Source of the DNA: Lepidodermella squamata
Taxonomy: Eukaryota > Animalia > Gastrotricha
NCBI GenBank assembly: GCA_047495785.1
Contig: JBLDXI010000013.1
Coordinates: 4,216,001 to 4,280,000 of the forward strand
Length of the DNA stretch: 64,000 nucleotides
Direction of reading: 5' to 3'
The notes beneath the pieces are model-generated. The model searched no databases. It had not been told where the DNA came from and worked only from the letters and a program-made list of their open reading frames with translations. The position numbers were made by a program, and so were the translations under genes. Below, piece by piece: positions 1-13,252 of the stretch (position 1 is the stretch's first letter; each line of letters starts with the position of its first letter).

Positions 1-529
1 AGCATGGCTTTATTTATAAACCTTACTAGTGTCACTAACGGTTTTCCGTTCTGAAGGAGGGACATTTTATTTCCCTAAGCTGACGTATACGTATTCATAT
101 GCACAAACAGGCTGTGCATCTCTGGGTCCGGGGCACCATTTTTACAAGATGATAGACTTTAAAACTGCGAACTTCTCCTGAAATTAGGGCACACGTGCTT
201 GAAAGGGTCGCGAGCCTTAATTTTGTCTGTGACTTCTGGAAATGTGCATTGCATATAATATTTCCCTCATAATTGCATTATCTCGCTACAAAAAATATTC
301 TATCAAATTATGCTCCAGTTTCTGAAGTCGAGAATTTCATTCCTATTATAGCTCCAGGTTTTGAATTAATATATTTTGAAAGATGAAAGCTATTTATGGA
401 GCTATTAGTTAGGCTCTGAGTCAATAGTCATGTAAATTTCAAAGTTGTTCAATTTTTAACTTGAAACTGCCAGCGGTTTTTACGCTAATTTTCTGGCATT
501 ACGATTCAAACGAATACGGAATATCTTTT

Positions 530-852
530 AGCGGAAGCAAATTTACGGTGAGCGGAACCTAATTTGCTGTAGCGGAACCAAATATGCTTTAGCTGAACCA
601 AATTTGCTTTTTGCGGAACCAAATTCAAAATAGGCCAAGAGTCATTTTTTGAATATTTCTACGAAATGTAGACTAAACATGAATTCTGAACTGAACACTC
701 TGTCTTATAGAGAAAATTGCGCTGAACTCACTGGTGAATTTTCTAGAATTTTTGTGGCCAATCTTGACCTGCAATAAATATCCGAAAAGCGATTTCAGGC
801 CACTAGAAAAGTCTAAAATTTGGTTCCGCTACCAGCAAATTTGGTTCCGCTA
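530..852. repeat. ~20-bp tandem repeat (AGCGGAACCAAATTTGC-like, ~5 copies at 530-626) with inverted copies at 817-852; foldback/MITE-like element in a CBL intron
   Basis: Direct copies gcggaagcaaattt, gcggaacctaattt, gcggaaccaaatat, gctgaaccaaattt and gcggaaccaaatt; reverse-complement copies aaatttggttccgcta x2 lie ~200 bp downstream. Confidence 0.7.
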
Positions 853-1275
853 ACAGGAGGACCCTAGCAAATATATTTAGGCGGGCTGCTGAAGAAGCTG
901 AATATTTGTTGCACTGCAGACGATTTTTACATGTTGAGTATTGAAATTTCAACAAAGATTAATGATTATTTGTGTTACTAAGAATAACTGAATTTTCATT
1001 GAATTCCTTGGATTTTCCAGCTCGGCATCGAGGAAATATTCAGCATTATTTATTCCATTCTAAAATAAGTTGGTCAAAATTACGGATTCAGTCGGTGATT
1101 CAACATATGGGTTCGTAATAAAATAGAGCTCTGTCGATTTATCCAGTAGTTGGCGCGCTTACTTATTCCTCTTAGTGATTATTACTCATAGAAAAACTCC
1201 CTTGATAAATGACTACAAAATTTCCTTGATTTATTCACTCTTGATATTTGACTATACTACTTTTATTTTTTTCAG

Positions 1276-2883
1276 TTATAAATACCCGAATGGCCAAGAC
1301 GTAGATGGGCCCGACATAACAGTTTTGCTGTCTAGCGACGTTCCCGAGGACCAAGTCGTTGTTTCACAGGAGATGTTTGAGGTGTACGTGGAGATGGGCA
1401 CTACATTTCAAGCGTGCAAGATTTGCACTGACCGCGACAAAGACACTCGCATCGAGCCGTGTGGCCATCTGATTTGCTCAGTGTGTGTAAACAAGTGGAT
1501 GGTAAATATTGTTATATCGCCGAATAATTTTGTCTTGTTAAATCAATATAATTTCTTTTCAACACAGAATCACGATAGAAATCACTCTTGCCCGTTTTGT
1601 AGAAGAGAAATAAAAGGAACTGGGCCGATTCGAGTGGAAGTGAACGCCGCGTCATCGACTGTCGAACGGCATAAATCGGCGAAAACCGCTCAGCCTGTTA
1701 ATGGTTCGCCGAGATTAGCACAGAAAGGCACGTCAAGTACCCGAACTTCGGCCCAGGGTGTTGTAGAAAATGGTATTCAACGATCCGGTTCGTCTCCTGA
1801 TCTTCCGACCAGCTCGAATGCTGAAGTCCCTCCGTCTTCCGACGTACCGCCACCGGCCGCTCCACCCCCGCTGCCGCCTCTTATCGCGCCGATTGCTTTG
1901 CCAGCTCGACCGAAACAGGCGAAAAACAATGACATTCCAGAAATAGCGTTAACTGAGTCTCGTGACAATCTTGAAAGCGCCGTGCGATTACCGCCTCCTC
2001 CGCCTCCACCTGATATGTCTCCGACAACTTCAACTTCTTCCTCGACTTTGCCGCTCCCACCTCTTCCAAGGTTTGAAAAGTTACATATTGTTTTTCACCA
2101 ATCTTGAGACTCGAGTTGAAATTTCCCGAGTTTGAAAAATTGTGATAAATTCATGGATTATCTGATATAAGGCTGGATAAGTGAAACAGTACATTTTCAT
2201 TGAAAAATTACAATTGTTGACCTGAACAAATTTTGTCCGATTGAGCAAAAAATATTTCGTGTCAAAGGGTCAAAGGGTGCCCCTGTGTGCACATAATCGT
2301 GTTATACGTTTTTCATATTTGTAAATTAGTTTTTTTGAAACTAACAATTATCCTAACCCTAACCAGGAAAACCCCAAAAACTTGGTGAAATTTTAAAGAC
2401 GATTATGTTCTATAATCACTCCGTTTTTCTTGGCGAGACTTCGAATTCGTTTAACCTATGTTGAGACATTCTGATGTTTAGCTTTTCCTCCCACACGCGA
2501 TGAGATGTGTGGAATGTTTACTCTCAATTAAAAAACTGATACATTCTGCATTCTGTGCCCTTTTTATTGATTTCTATTTTTTTCGTTGAAATCGCTTTGA
2601 GAATCTATTTCGCATACTCGAAATAACGAGTGATTTCCCTTCAAAAAATGAAAATTCCTTATATTGATTTTTCAGTATTCCGAGAGTGCGATCAAGCATA
2701 GAAGATGCATTTATGGCCGAAATGATATCAGCCGGTTACGAAATTCCCGACATAGCGAAGGCGATAGAAGTAGCTGATGGCAACGAATACATCGCGAGAC
2801 GAATTCTGACCACCTACTGCGTGTCACCCGGCTCACTCCTCGGACATTCGTCGAGTTCAAGCCGCGAGAACGGATTCAATTGA
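1276..2883 (+). CDS. CBL: E3 ubiquitin ligase CBL, 3' part (end of TKB, linker, RING, Pro-rich region, UBA). Exons ~1276-1501, 1568-2070, 2676-2883; 5' exons lie outside the window
   Basis: YKYPNGQDVDGPD, linker EVYVEMGTTFQACKIC, C3HC4 RING (DKDTRIEPCGHLIC..CPFCRREIKG), Pro-rich tract and UBA-like end (AGYEIPDIAKAIEVADGN); GT-AG junctions keep the frame. Confidence 0.92.
2291..2408. mobile_element. Short non-autonomous element with 10-bp inverted repeats around a CTAACCCTAACC tract (Helentron/HINE-like)
   Basis: ACATAATCGT (2291-2300) and ACGATTATGT (2399-2408) flank CTAACCCTAACC (2353-2364) inside a CBL intron. Confidence 0.4.
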
Positions 2884-4255
2884 GAAAACTATAATATGCC
2901 CGTTATCAACCGGGTTGTTGTTACCTATTTTTCAAGGACTTTTGGTGGGTTGAGGAGTAGGGAAAGATAAGAAGCCGCCGATTTTTGTCTTATCTCTGAC
3001 GCAAAATGCAAGACGCTTGCTGTGTAGTAAGTATTGTGAATGCGACGAGTTGTGCCTTATTACAGTATAGGTTATTATTACTGATGATGATGAATGCTAT
3101 TAACCAAGCTTTCTACGGTATATATAGGTTGTTGATGGAAGAGCCGAGGTGTTATTACATTACACGATGTTCATGTTCTTAAAATAACGGATAATGATGG
3201 CTTCCGTGTGCAATGATGCTTGCCCGTTGTCTTTCTTACATTGCTATCATCATACTATATATTTCTTTATTATTACTAATATTACTGAGTATTTGATGGT
3301 ACCGCCGATCAATATTATGTAAAACGAAGTGTTATGCTTGTAATTGAATCGATCCACCAAAAAAATGGTGTTTGTCTTATCGCGGTTTTTTGTTCACCTT
3401 TCCATGGTTTGATTGAGTACTCGTGCAATGGTCCTGCTCACAGGGCAAAAACTGCGTAGTGCCTAGTGGGAAAAAACTGCTTGTAACTGTAACAAATGGT
3501 TATATACTATACGTAATCACGGTGGCAAAACTTTCAACTTTAATTATTAACAACGATATTCTTCACGCCTCACGAAGTATGCGCATGTATAGTTTTCTAT
3601 CTATCTCGCTTTATAGTGTCCGAGAGTAGGCGGTATTTCATGAAAATAACAACAACAACAACAAACTAATTTTATGCTATTTGGCCTAATTATATAGTGT
3701 TGATATACCCAGTGCTCGTTTTTAAATATAACCCAGCTTATAAAAAATAATCAACGATTTGTTTTGCTATAAAATTCGACGTCTTCTTTTGTACGCGACG
3801 ATATGATAAAATGATGATAAATTATCTATATCGTAATAATTATTTCTGATTATTATTTTCTGTTACCGGTTTCCACTTTATATTCATGAATGCACTTCAA
3901 GAAAATTGCCAAGTTTGCCAAGCTGAAACTGCACGCGGTTGTTTGGCTCAAATTTGTGTTCTAACAGCTGAAACCTGCGTCGCAAGCGATCTGGCGTGTT
4001 GTATAGAGTTGCGCACCGCTTATTTTTGTTGAGCGATCAAGTTTTTTGGTGAAAAAAGGCCGGCATCAATTAAATTATTTCATGAAACTATTCCATTTTG
4101 TTTTTTATTTAGGTGGATTTTTATTAATATTTTTGTGTGTCTGTGGTCGTGGCGCCGTTGTATGTTCCTCTTCTTCGGTGGTTTAACCCGAGTCAGACAA
4201 GATAACGAAGCCAGCGCCGGAAAAATTAAGGGGGGTTCAGAGTGTCGGCGATGAA

Positions 4256-7200
4256 ATGGGCGCCGCCTCTTCCCACCGCAACCCGCAGCCGGACTCACTC
4301 AGCGATCGAGTTCGATCCGACCACGACAAATCGCCCTCGCCGATTTCGACGCCGTCGAATGGCGAGGAGAGTTCAACGTCGCGCAATCAAATGCGGTCGC
4401 AGCACTCCGGTTTGTCGGTGATTTCGCAGACGCAGAGCGCCGGCGGCCGGCCGATTGTTGTCGCCCATCGCTACCAGCGAAGCTGGAAATCGAGATTAGC
4501 GGCGTCCATGCGCCAAGCCCGTGATTTTCTCTCCAGACCCCGTGTCATCGGCCGGACCTACTCAACCCGCCGGCCTAACCCGGCGCAGGCTCGGGAGGAG
4601 CTACTCAAAAATGAAGTTAAAATCGACATAAATACGGCGATTAAACAAGATTTAATGCGGCTGCCTGGCGTTGATAGCTCGCTAGCTTCGGCAATCATTG
4701 AACATCGCAAATTGCTCGTCGAAGGTCGGTTCAAACGTATCGACGATCTAGTCAACGTGCCAGGCCTTGACGTTGAGAAACTGAACAAATTTCGCGATTT
4801 TGTCGTGATAACTAAATGCGTGAAACCATCTCCATCAGGCGATTCTATCGAAACGAAACCGAGTAAAACTCTTATCCAGGTTAACGGATCGCCGTCTGTA
4901 GATAATACTGATAGTAGTGCAAAGCCGGCATCGGTGGTTTCGCCGATTTTTAGCACGCCGGCTCGCGTCGACGGCGCGGCTAATCTCACCCCGTTGCTGT
5001 CGACCGCCTTGCTGAATATTAACAAAGCGACCGAGCAAGACTTGGTCAATATTGGCGGAATACCGGAATCTGTGGCGAAGAAAATCGTTATGGCGAGGCA
5101 GAATACTGGTCCGTTTGTTGACATCGCCGACTTGCGGAAAGTAAAAGGTACGGTTTCACAATTTAAATGGCATTTTGGGCTGTTCCGCCTCAATTCGATA
5201 GAATATTTTCACATAATTCTTTACATGCAGAGCAAAAATGAAGGGGTTTTGCTAAGCTTCTTGTGATAAATCAGATGGTACCAAATTCGATGGATAAATC
5301 ACGGTTTTTTAACCAATTTTTTTCATTTTATGACGTTGGTGAAAAAATTCAGCCAATATCAGAAGTCGCCGCTTCTGTCGCTATTCTATCGATGTAAAAG
5401 TATCCTGTTGGTGATAGCTAGCAACTTGGATGCCGTTGCTATGATATAGCGTCATTTTCATTTTTTTAATTTCACTGCGCCACATAAAAGTCACTGCAGC
5501 CTAATTTTTTTGGTTCTATTCATAAAAATCGTGTCAAGCTATTATTGCGCGGTCGCCAGTCGAATTGGAGAGAAATGACCTAGTTTTTTTATTCACGCTG
5601 GACTGCTTTGAAAATTTTGTGAATGCTCATTCTGTCGTCATTGACAGTGAGGAAATTGGTGAGATTTCTGCATTTTTCATGGAAATCGTCAATTTAATTA
5701 TAGGAAAAATGATGAAATGGCAAAATAAGCGTTAAGTACCGTAAGCTATTTTTCTGATAAGGATGAATTATCGAAAATAGCCCTATAGCTTTTGTAAATT
5801 TGCGTCGCAACGAGCTTGGAAAAAAATAATTTTTCAATTTTTTTAATTTACAGGTGTGTCAAAAAGCTTATTCGTCCGTGTGAGAGCCCGGCTAACGGTT
5901 GAAGATACTCAACTACCAAAGGTGAAAACAGCCCCGGTGTTAACAACATCCGCCTCATCAGCAAATTTCCGCCCATCGGCCGAGACCGATAGCGGAGTAG
6001 CGACCACAATTTCAATCGCCGCGTGTAGCAGTAGCGGCGGCTCGAACGGCGGCGGCCCGCCTAGCAACGGCGGGCTAACCACAGCCTCGGCAAGCACCTC
6101 GAAACAAGTCAGCCCTGACTCGACTGTCCGTGATATGGATATCAACAACCTGCCCGAAGTCATCATCCGCTATACAAAGCCAAGCGATTTGGAGTTGATT
6201 CAAAAACTTCAGATGAATAACAGAGGCGCGGCTGCGGGCAGGGGTCGCGGGCTTCAAGCTCGCGGCCATTCTCGGAACGTGTCAGATTTCGGAGTAGTCG
6301 CGGATTACACCGAAATTATATCGCCTATTTACCCGTCTGATATGCATGGCATCAGGCCTATCGTCGAGCCGTTCGATTTCCGAGCGGCGACCGGGGCTCG
6401 TGAACCTGTGGTTCGCTTCGCGTTTTGGGACATTGAAGAGTGTAGCATGGATAAAATATCCAACCCGGGCGTGCTCGAGACAATATGCATGACTATCCTC
6501 GAAAATGGCGTGAGTATCGTTGCGTTTACGGATCTACTCGACCCGGGGGTTGCGGATCGGATAGCCGACCAGTTGACCTGGCCGTCGCTGCATTGCGTCC
6601 GAGAATGGCGTGGCGGCCGGGGATCTTGGCGCTCGGCTGTTGTCAAAACCGGCTACAAAAATGGCTTTTTGTCGGACTCCGATGCGAGGTCGAGGACATC
6701 GTCAGGTAGCAGTAACGGCGGCGATAATGACACCGGCGAAAGAGTAAGTTTTTTCTTGATAATGACCTCAAATCCGACATTTTTTCAATTTTTCACAATT
6801 TTTGGGAATTTTTAAGGTAGATTTTATTTATTATTTATTGTTATTTTTTATTTTGTCAGCAACCTGTATATTGCGGATTTGTATATGACACGTCGAGATC
6901 GATCGAAATGGTCAGTCGGTGCCACTTTTCTTCGCCATTGCAGCAGAAAACACCTAGTGGTGCTGCGCATACGGACGAATCGCATGACCTTATCGCCCCT
7001 GCAAAATCGCCACATCCCGAGTGCCTCAACGTCGCCCTGCCAAAAACCGCGCTGCACCGCCTAGCTTTTAAACCCGCTGCAGCTAAATTCAGTGTAAGTA
7101 TTTCAAAGCCATAAATGACAACTAGATCTAACATTTTTTCAATTTTTACGAGTAAAAAATTGAAAATAGAAAACCAGGCTTCAAGCATTTTTAATGACCT

Positions 7201-8256
7201 ATTTGGTAATTTTCAATTTTTCGAATTTCACAATATGATAGCAAGTAGCTAATCACCGTAACGCGGGGTAAGCCTGAGCACTTGTAGATTCGCTATTTCA
7301 CAATTGAACTTTATAAACTTGAAAACGGCCAACAAGTTTTTTATCACCTGGAAAATCAGGTAAAAATGGAAAATTTCAGGAAATCAGAAGCCCTTTCAAA
7401 GTTCAGATTTTATTGAGCAAAAGTTGATTTTTTAACCGAAAAACTTCAATCCAAACGTACCCCGCGTTACTTTAGCGTACACCCATTTTAACGAAATTAT
7501 AATCTATCATTAATCAATAGCAATTGTTAGTTCTTAACTCTTATTATAATGTCATGAAGCAAACTATTAAGATTTGTTTTTAACGAAATTAAACGATTGT
7601 TTTTCTTTTCGAAAAATTTGTTTAACTTCTTTTTTTCTTTATTAACTTTCTTTATTATACATTTACTTCGATTTTTTCAGCTTTCCACATCCCCGTCATC
7701 AGAAAACGGCCACGCCACAGGCACTTCGCATTTAGCAGTCGTCTGTTTGAAATTATCGCCCGACGATTCTGCGTTTTTCCGGCGTCGGGACATTGCCCTG
7801 TCAACCGCGCCCCTCCTAACCGCCGTTCTCGAAGCCGTCACCTCTTTCGGCGACGTTTCCGCCACCGGCAACCCTCAGCAGACGATGCCAATAATTCTAG
7901 CCGGGTCGTTTGGGGTCGATGCAAACGAGCGGTGTTTCGATTTGTTGCGCGTAGCCGGCTACCAGCTGGTTACGAACGAGAAAACCAATATCAACCGAAA
8001 ACAGCCGAACGGAACGGTCTGCGGCGACCAGGTCTGGGTGACTGATGTCGGCGCCGCGTCGTCTGCCTACCGCCAATTCACCGGCCGGTCGGGTGTCGTG
8101 CGAAAAGCCCTCACCCACCCGCAAATTCCGGACGGCTGGGCGTGGGGCGGTCTCGTGTCATCGCATTGCCCGGTTTGGGCCGAGTTCTTCACCGCACCCC
8201 AGCCGTATTCGGGCAACGGTGCAGCGGAGCACGTGAATGGCAGTGATAAAAAATGA
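4256..8256 (+). CDS. EEPD1: Endonuclease/exonuclease/phosphatase family domain-containing protein 1 (two HhH/ComEA-like repeats + EEP domain). Exons ~4256-5147, 5854-6743, 6860-7092, 7681-8256
   Basis: MGAASS N-terminus; IDINTA..DLMRLPGV and LNINKA..DLVNIGGI HhH repeats; NPGVLETICMTILENG; C-terminal ALTHPQIPDGWAWGGLVSSHCPVWAEF typical of EEPD1. Confidence 0.92.
7258..7470. mobile_element. MITE-like element with perfect 13-bp terminal inverted repeats in an EEPD1 intron
   Basis: GTAACGCGGGGTA (7258-7270) and TACCCCGCGTTAC (7458-7470) flank an AT-rich non-coding interior. Confidence 0.6.
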
Positions 8257-10930
8257 ACTAGTTTTTAATTGTCAAGAAAATTCATAGAAATTGAAGCGAA
8301 GTTTTGGCTCGCTTCTAAATTTCTATGAAATATTAACCTGCTTTGTTTGTTTTAAATGTTTCACGCGTGCGCGGCATTTGCAGGTGCTCTCTGGGTGGTT
8401 AAATTCGGTGCGTATTAACCTTAATGAGTGGTAGGTCATACCTATAATGACGATTTGACGGCGGTTGTTTTGTGGACAATTTTTTGACTTGAAACCTGTA
8501 ATTGCTATGATTTGAAATTTCAACCGTTATTATGCTATCATTTTTTCTTTCATTCATCCAATCTATCAATTATAGACACCTTTTGCTTCGTCTTTTTTCC
8601 GTCCTCGCTTAAGTCATTGCCGGCAACTTATTACGTTTTATACTCTGAAGACAGGAAAAAATAATCAAATGATTTTGAAATGGCGCAACACCTTGTTCTT
8701 TCTTTCTCTGTTTCGGAGTTGATTCTTTTTTCTCACTCCTTCCGTCTACTCTCTTGATGAGATGGCTAGTGCATGCACTGTATAAATTATTTGTAGTCGA
8801 AAAGGTGCAATTTATCGTGAAATATTAGCTGCCCACTTGACATGTACGTATATAGATATATACGCAACGAGAAAATCGAAGAACTCGCGTTTTTCTACCT
8901 GCTACTATGTAAGTGCTGTTTATGAACAATGATCCTACTTAAAATATTCACCTATGATGTATCAATTTGATGCGGCCACTTGATAACAAATTTATTTGGA
9001 AAAATGATTATTTGATGGAGATCTTCAAAATACGCGAGAGAACAACGATTTTTTTTATTACGGCCGTTGAATTCGGTGATATTTAAGCAGTTGTTGCTTG
9101 TATTTGAACACCTTTTAACCTATGCTGCTGCTTTTCCTCTGAATGAAACACAACATTTGTAAGAAAGGTGCAAAAATGTATGGTCGGAAAAAATGAGCAT
9201 ATTTTGTGCCATATTTTTAGCGCGCGCTTATAACAATCTTGAAGTGGAAGTGTACCGATTATAATGCAACTAATCACCAGCTCTCATGATGATATGTGAC
9301 CCTCTTATCAGCATCATTTTTAGTTCCTATGCAGTTTTTTTTTGAAAAAAAATGTTCGCAATCGACAGAATAATTACCTGTGTTGTAGGTCAGCTGTATA
9401 CTTAACTCGCTTTTTTGTGAAAAACTTGGTGCCCCACCAGCAATTATCGTGCTATCAATTAGTGCTTCACTCTTCGTAAATTGACAGTAATATATACTAT
9501 ACCTGTGTATATCTCGCGTTGAGTCTATGTGTAATTATTCATTGTGTATAAATGTGTACAGCTGTGAATGATACGATGATATTATTATTATACATGTTTC
9601 ATGTTTGTGTACCTTTCCTGGGCGTACAAACGAAAAAGAATGACGGATATAAAATATATGATAAGAAACAATAAAAATCAAAATAATCACATGGTGGCGA
9701 TCGATTTTTGACTCGAGTGTGTGACTTTGGTTGGCGGCGAGGCGTATACGTGAGTGATACAGGCGGCGGTCAAGCTGTTGAATATTGACCGCGGCTGGGT
9801 GATGAATGATTAATCACCCACCTACAGGCGGAACGCATCGACTTGCGTAGTGGTAGTATCTTCATGTAAATAACACCAATTTAATCAGACTCCACTTATC
9901 ACCTGGGCGCAATAACATTTAGCCATCCACCTCATAATAAAACGACAGACTCATTATAAAAATATTTGGCAAGTCAGCCCGTTCCGTATCAGTGCAGCAG
10001 CATAGCTCTAGTTTTTTAATCATTTCCGCATTACAATGAGTCGTCTCAATAGTGTTGGTAATTTGAGAGAAGATAGCCTCTATTAGTGCGTGCCGGCAAT
10101 ATTAGTTTTACATTTGATACGAATAGCTGGGGGTGAGAGCCAACAAAAAAACGTGATGCGCCCGAACGCGCCCTCTCAATGTATCGTATTTTTTTGAGCC
10201 AGAACTCGGCCGATGATTTAATAATATTTTGCCCATTTTTCTCCATTCTTGTATCTGCCACCAGTACACGTAAACCCTATCATTATTTCCTGATTTTTTC
10301 CAGGGCAATTTACCGATTTTGTTGCGCACCCACCCGACAGATGTGAAGTTGCGCCGGGTATAATTTGTTTCTGGTGCGAAGCCAAGACATCACAGTAATT
10401 ACAATGCGCTTCTTCTTCACTCCATCGAATCTTGAACAATCAAGATTATTAAGGTGAGGCGAACAAAAAATCCGTTCATGAATTTATTATTTTTCAACCA
10501 TGCAGGTATTATTACCGTTTCTAGATTATTTTTGTTAGCGTTTACCATCCGGTCATATAGCAGCGCGTATAAATTATGAGCGCAGTTGTTTGCGTGACCA
10601 ATGCGCTTTTTTGCGCGCGTCTTCAAACGTTGCGTAACGCGTATTAGCATTACCTATATATATCAGCAAAACAGTTTTTTCGACGCTTCTGGAATAGATA
10701 GGATGGTTTTTGTACCTGCCGACTATAGCTTGTTAATAATCCCAGCTCATGTTTGTTGTTTCTAGGCGCTAAGAAAAAACAATATCGGCCTTTTATGCCG
10801 ATTGCGAACCCAGTTGACCTTGCGTATTGCGCGTTAGGTAAAAAACGCACAATAAAAAAATAATAATAACAATAATTTTTCTGGCTGCAACAGGCATGAT
10901 AACTCACCTTTCTTCCTGTAACAGCAAAAA

Positions 10931-12501
10931 ATGACGCTGCACCGATTCAGCTTTGATTTGTCAATAATATTGCTGTTTATATCAGCAACAGGTAAAAACT
11001 TAATGTCTCAATTTTTTAAGTTTTAATTCGCGTCTTTCTTTTAGCCGCGCAAAAGCCCGGTGATATCGCAGATCAGTACGATAATATTGTGGCCTATGAC
11101 GCGCCTGATGGCCAGGTGTTGTACCTGTACGAAACTCGCCGGAAAGACTCGTGTAAACCAGTGCCTGATTTCGGAAGCGGGGCCCGGCCGTTCGGGCATG
11201 GTTACAACTACTTTTACGACGCCCCTGTCAGTTGGTCCAAGACAGTCGCTGGCTCTTACGAATGTGCGGATGAGTGCTACCGAAGCGATTGTAAGGAGTT
11301 CAAAATTATTCGGCCCTACTACTCCGGCCGGGGTAAACGACCTCCTATGCAGTGCTTCATGCTCTGGAAGGGCTGCTTTGGCACCCTTGAAGCACCCATC
11401 GTAGCCTCGGATGGCTCAATGGGTGAAGTTATGAAGTTTGACAAGCAGCGAATTTACAAACCGAACCCTCTGCATACGTATTTTACGAAAAATACGGCGA
11501 CTTACTGCGATGGCTCGTACTCGGGTGATCTTTTTATTGCCGGGTTGCCGAGCCCATCAGCCGAAGCCTGCGCTGCGTCCTGCATGTTTTATTCCACGAA
11601 AATTTGCGCAGCTTTCAGCTTTGATGACAAGGCGAAACGGTGCTTCCTGAAAACTGTGAACTGCTCCAAGTTTTCAGGCTCGACCCAGGGGCTGTCGAAG
11701 ATTGAAATCGAAGAAATGTCCCGAACCCAAAAGCCAGACGCTCCTAGGAAGGAATTTTACGTCCGCAAACCCTGGTTATCTGAACGCTGTGAGTTTCATT
11801 TATATCAGAAAATTTGATGTTTTTCTGGAATTTTTCGGTTTAGATGAGTATCAGGATTTAATTCGATTTGATCAGACAGAATGCACATCGGCGCTACCTG
11901 GCGGTACGATGAATTTTTCTCGCCCGGATGAGGCTGCTAATTTGTGCAAAAAAGACTCGAATTGCGCCGGTTTTCAGTGCTTTCAATATTGTAGAGAAGG
12001 TTGGCTTTTCATCAGTATTTTTTGTTTATTTCACCGTTTTTTCATCGCTCAGAAAACATGCCGACGCCTTGGGAATGTAGTGAATGGGATCCTGATGTCC
12101 AGCAATACGAATGCACTTTCATCACGACGCAGACACCCTGCCGGCCGGGTATCAACAGCGTACCCACTCGCCGGGCTTTCCTCTTCGTCAGGCATAACTT
12201 CGACTACACGCGGCCATTTATAGCCCCAGAATTCTACCACCGCCTGCGACGGTCAACCACCCCCTCACCCCGGCGATCTGTAGCCGCGGATTTCGATGAT
12301 GAAGATGATTTCATGCTACGGCACATCAAGAGAATTCGGAAAGCCCGCCGCTTGTTTCGGGCGGGTAAAGCGGAGAAGAGGTGGGTGGATGGCCATGCCA
12401 GTCGCCGCCTAGCTCGGCTTGAAAGAGCCTACCGTGAACAGCACAGCAGGCGGTCCAGTACGGACAATCAAGATCTGTTTCAAAAACTGTTATCCCAGTA
12501 A
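10931..12501 (+). CDS. Secreted cysteine-rich protein with ~3 PAN/apple-like domains and a basic C-terminal tail. Exons ~10931-10991, 11045-11788, 11844-11999, 12052-12501
   Basis: Hydrophobic N-terminus MTLHRFSFDLSIILLFISATA; PAN-type motifs ECADECYRSDCKEF..CFM, ACAASC..ICAAFSFDDKAKRCFLK and LCKKDSNCAGFQC..ECTF; three GT-AG introns join the ORF-track fragments in frame. Confidence 0.75.
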
Positions 12502-13252
12502 AAATTGTAGAAATTTGTGCCAGCATGCAACTATTCAGGCTTTTTCTAGTTTTAAATTATGTAAATAATTGCTTTTAAGAGACGTATTAAGGCGGAATGT
12601 CCAGAGCTAAAATTAAGTTTATAGCAATAATCGTCGATTATAATCAAAACTTGAACCTCTATTTTCAAAATATTCTTATACGCTCTGAACGTCATTTGTG
12701 CCTAAAATGAAGACATCTCGACACCGGTTGAAATCGAGCGTTAATGGTATGATTATATGCTATGAATGTCGCGTCTTGTTGTTGCGCTTCCTCACGTTTT
12801 TACCTCATCTTAGAGCACTGCCAAAATGTTACTAGCTCCAATTGTACATTCGTCCAGCCAACCTGCCCTTGCTTGATTGTTAAAGTACAAAGTTATATGA
12901 AATATGAAGGAAAAATAATAAAACTGAAGAGTAAAATTGTCTCTTTGCTTTATTGCAAATAGCGACAGAAAATCTTGCATTAAATGACACAAATGCGTTG
13001 AAAAAATTCAACTCATCAACATCGACACAGCCTTAAAAATTGTGAGCCAAACGAATGTTTTTGTACGTGATATTTTTAACGGCATTTCATGCACAGCGGT
13101 TCGATAAACACATTATTTTATTATATAAGATAAACGCGCAGGAATGAATAAGACTACATGAGAAAGTTTTTCCGCCTGTCAAATTTCACAAAATGAAAAA
13201 CCGGTTGTGGTATTGTGTAAGGAAACGAGAACGAACGAAAGCGATAACACAG

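Noticed and set aside
530-626. CRISPR-like array
   Set aside because: Eukaryotic context, head-to-tail ~20-bp units without unique spacers, and no cas genes.
2353-2364. CTAACCCTAACC as a telomere
   Set aside because: Only two units, intronic and flanked by inverted repeats; better explained as part of a small mobile element.
4558-5193. Long antisense ORFs over EEPD1 (and similar ones over PSMD7, RPL36 and the polycystin gene)
   Set aside because: Shadow ORFs from codon bias on the coding strand, with no independent protein features.
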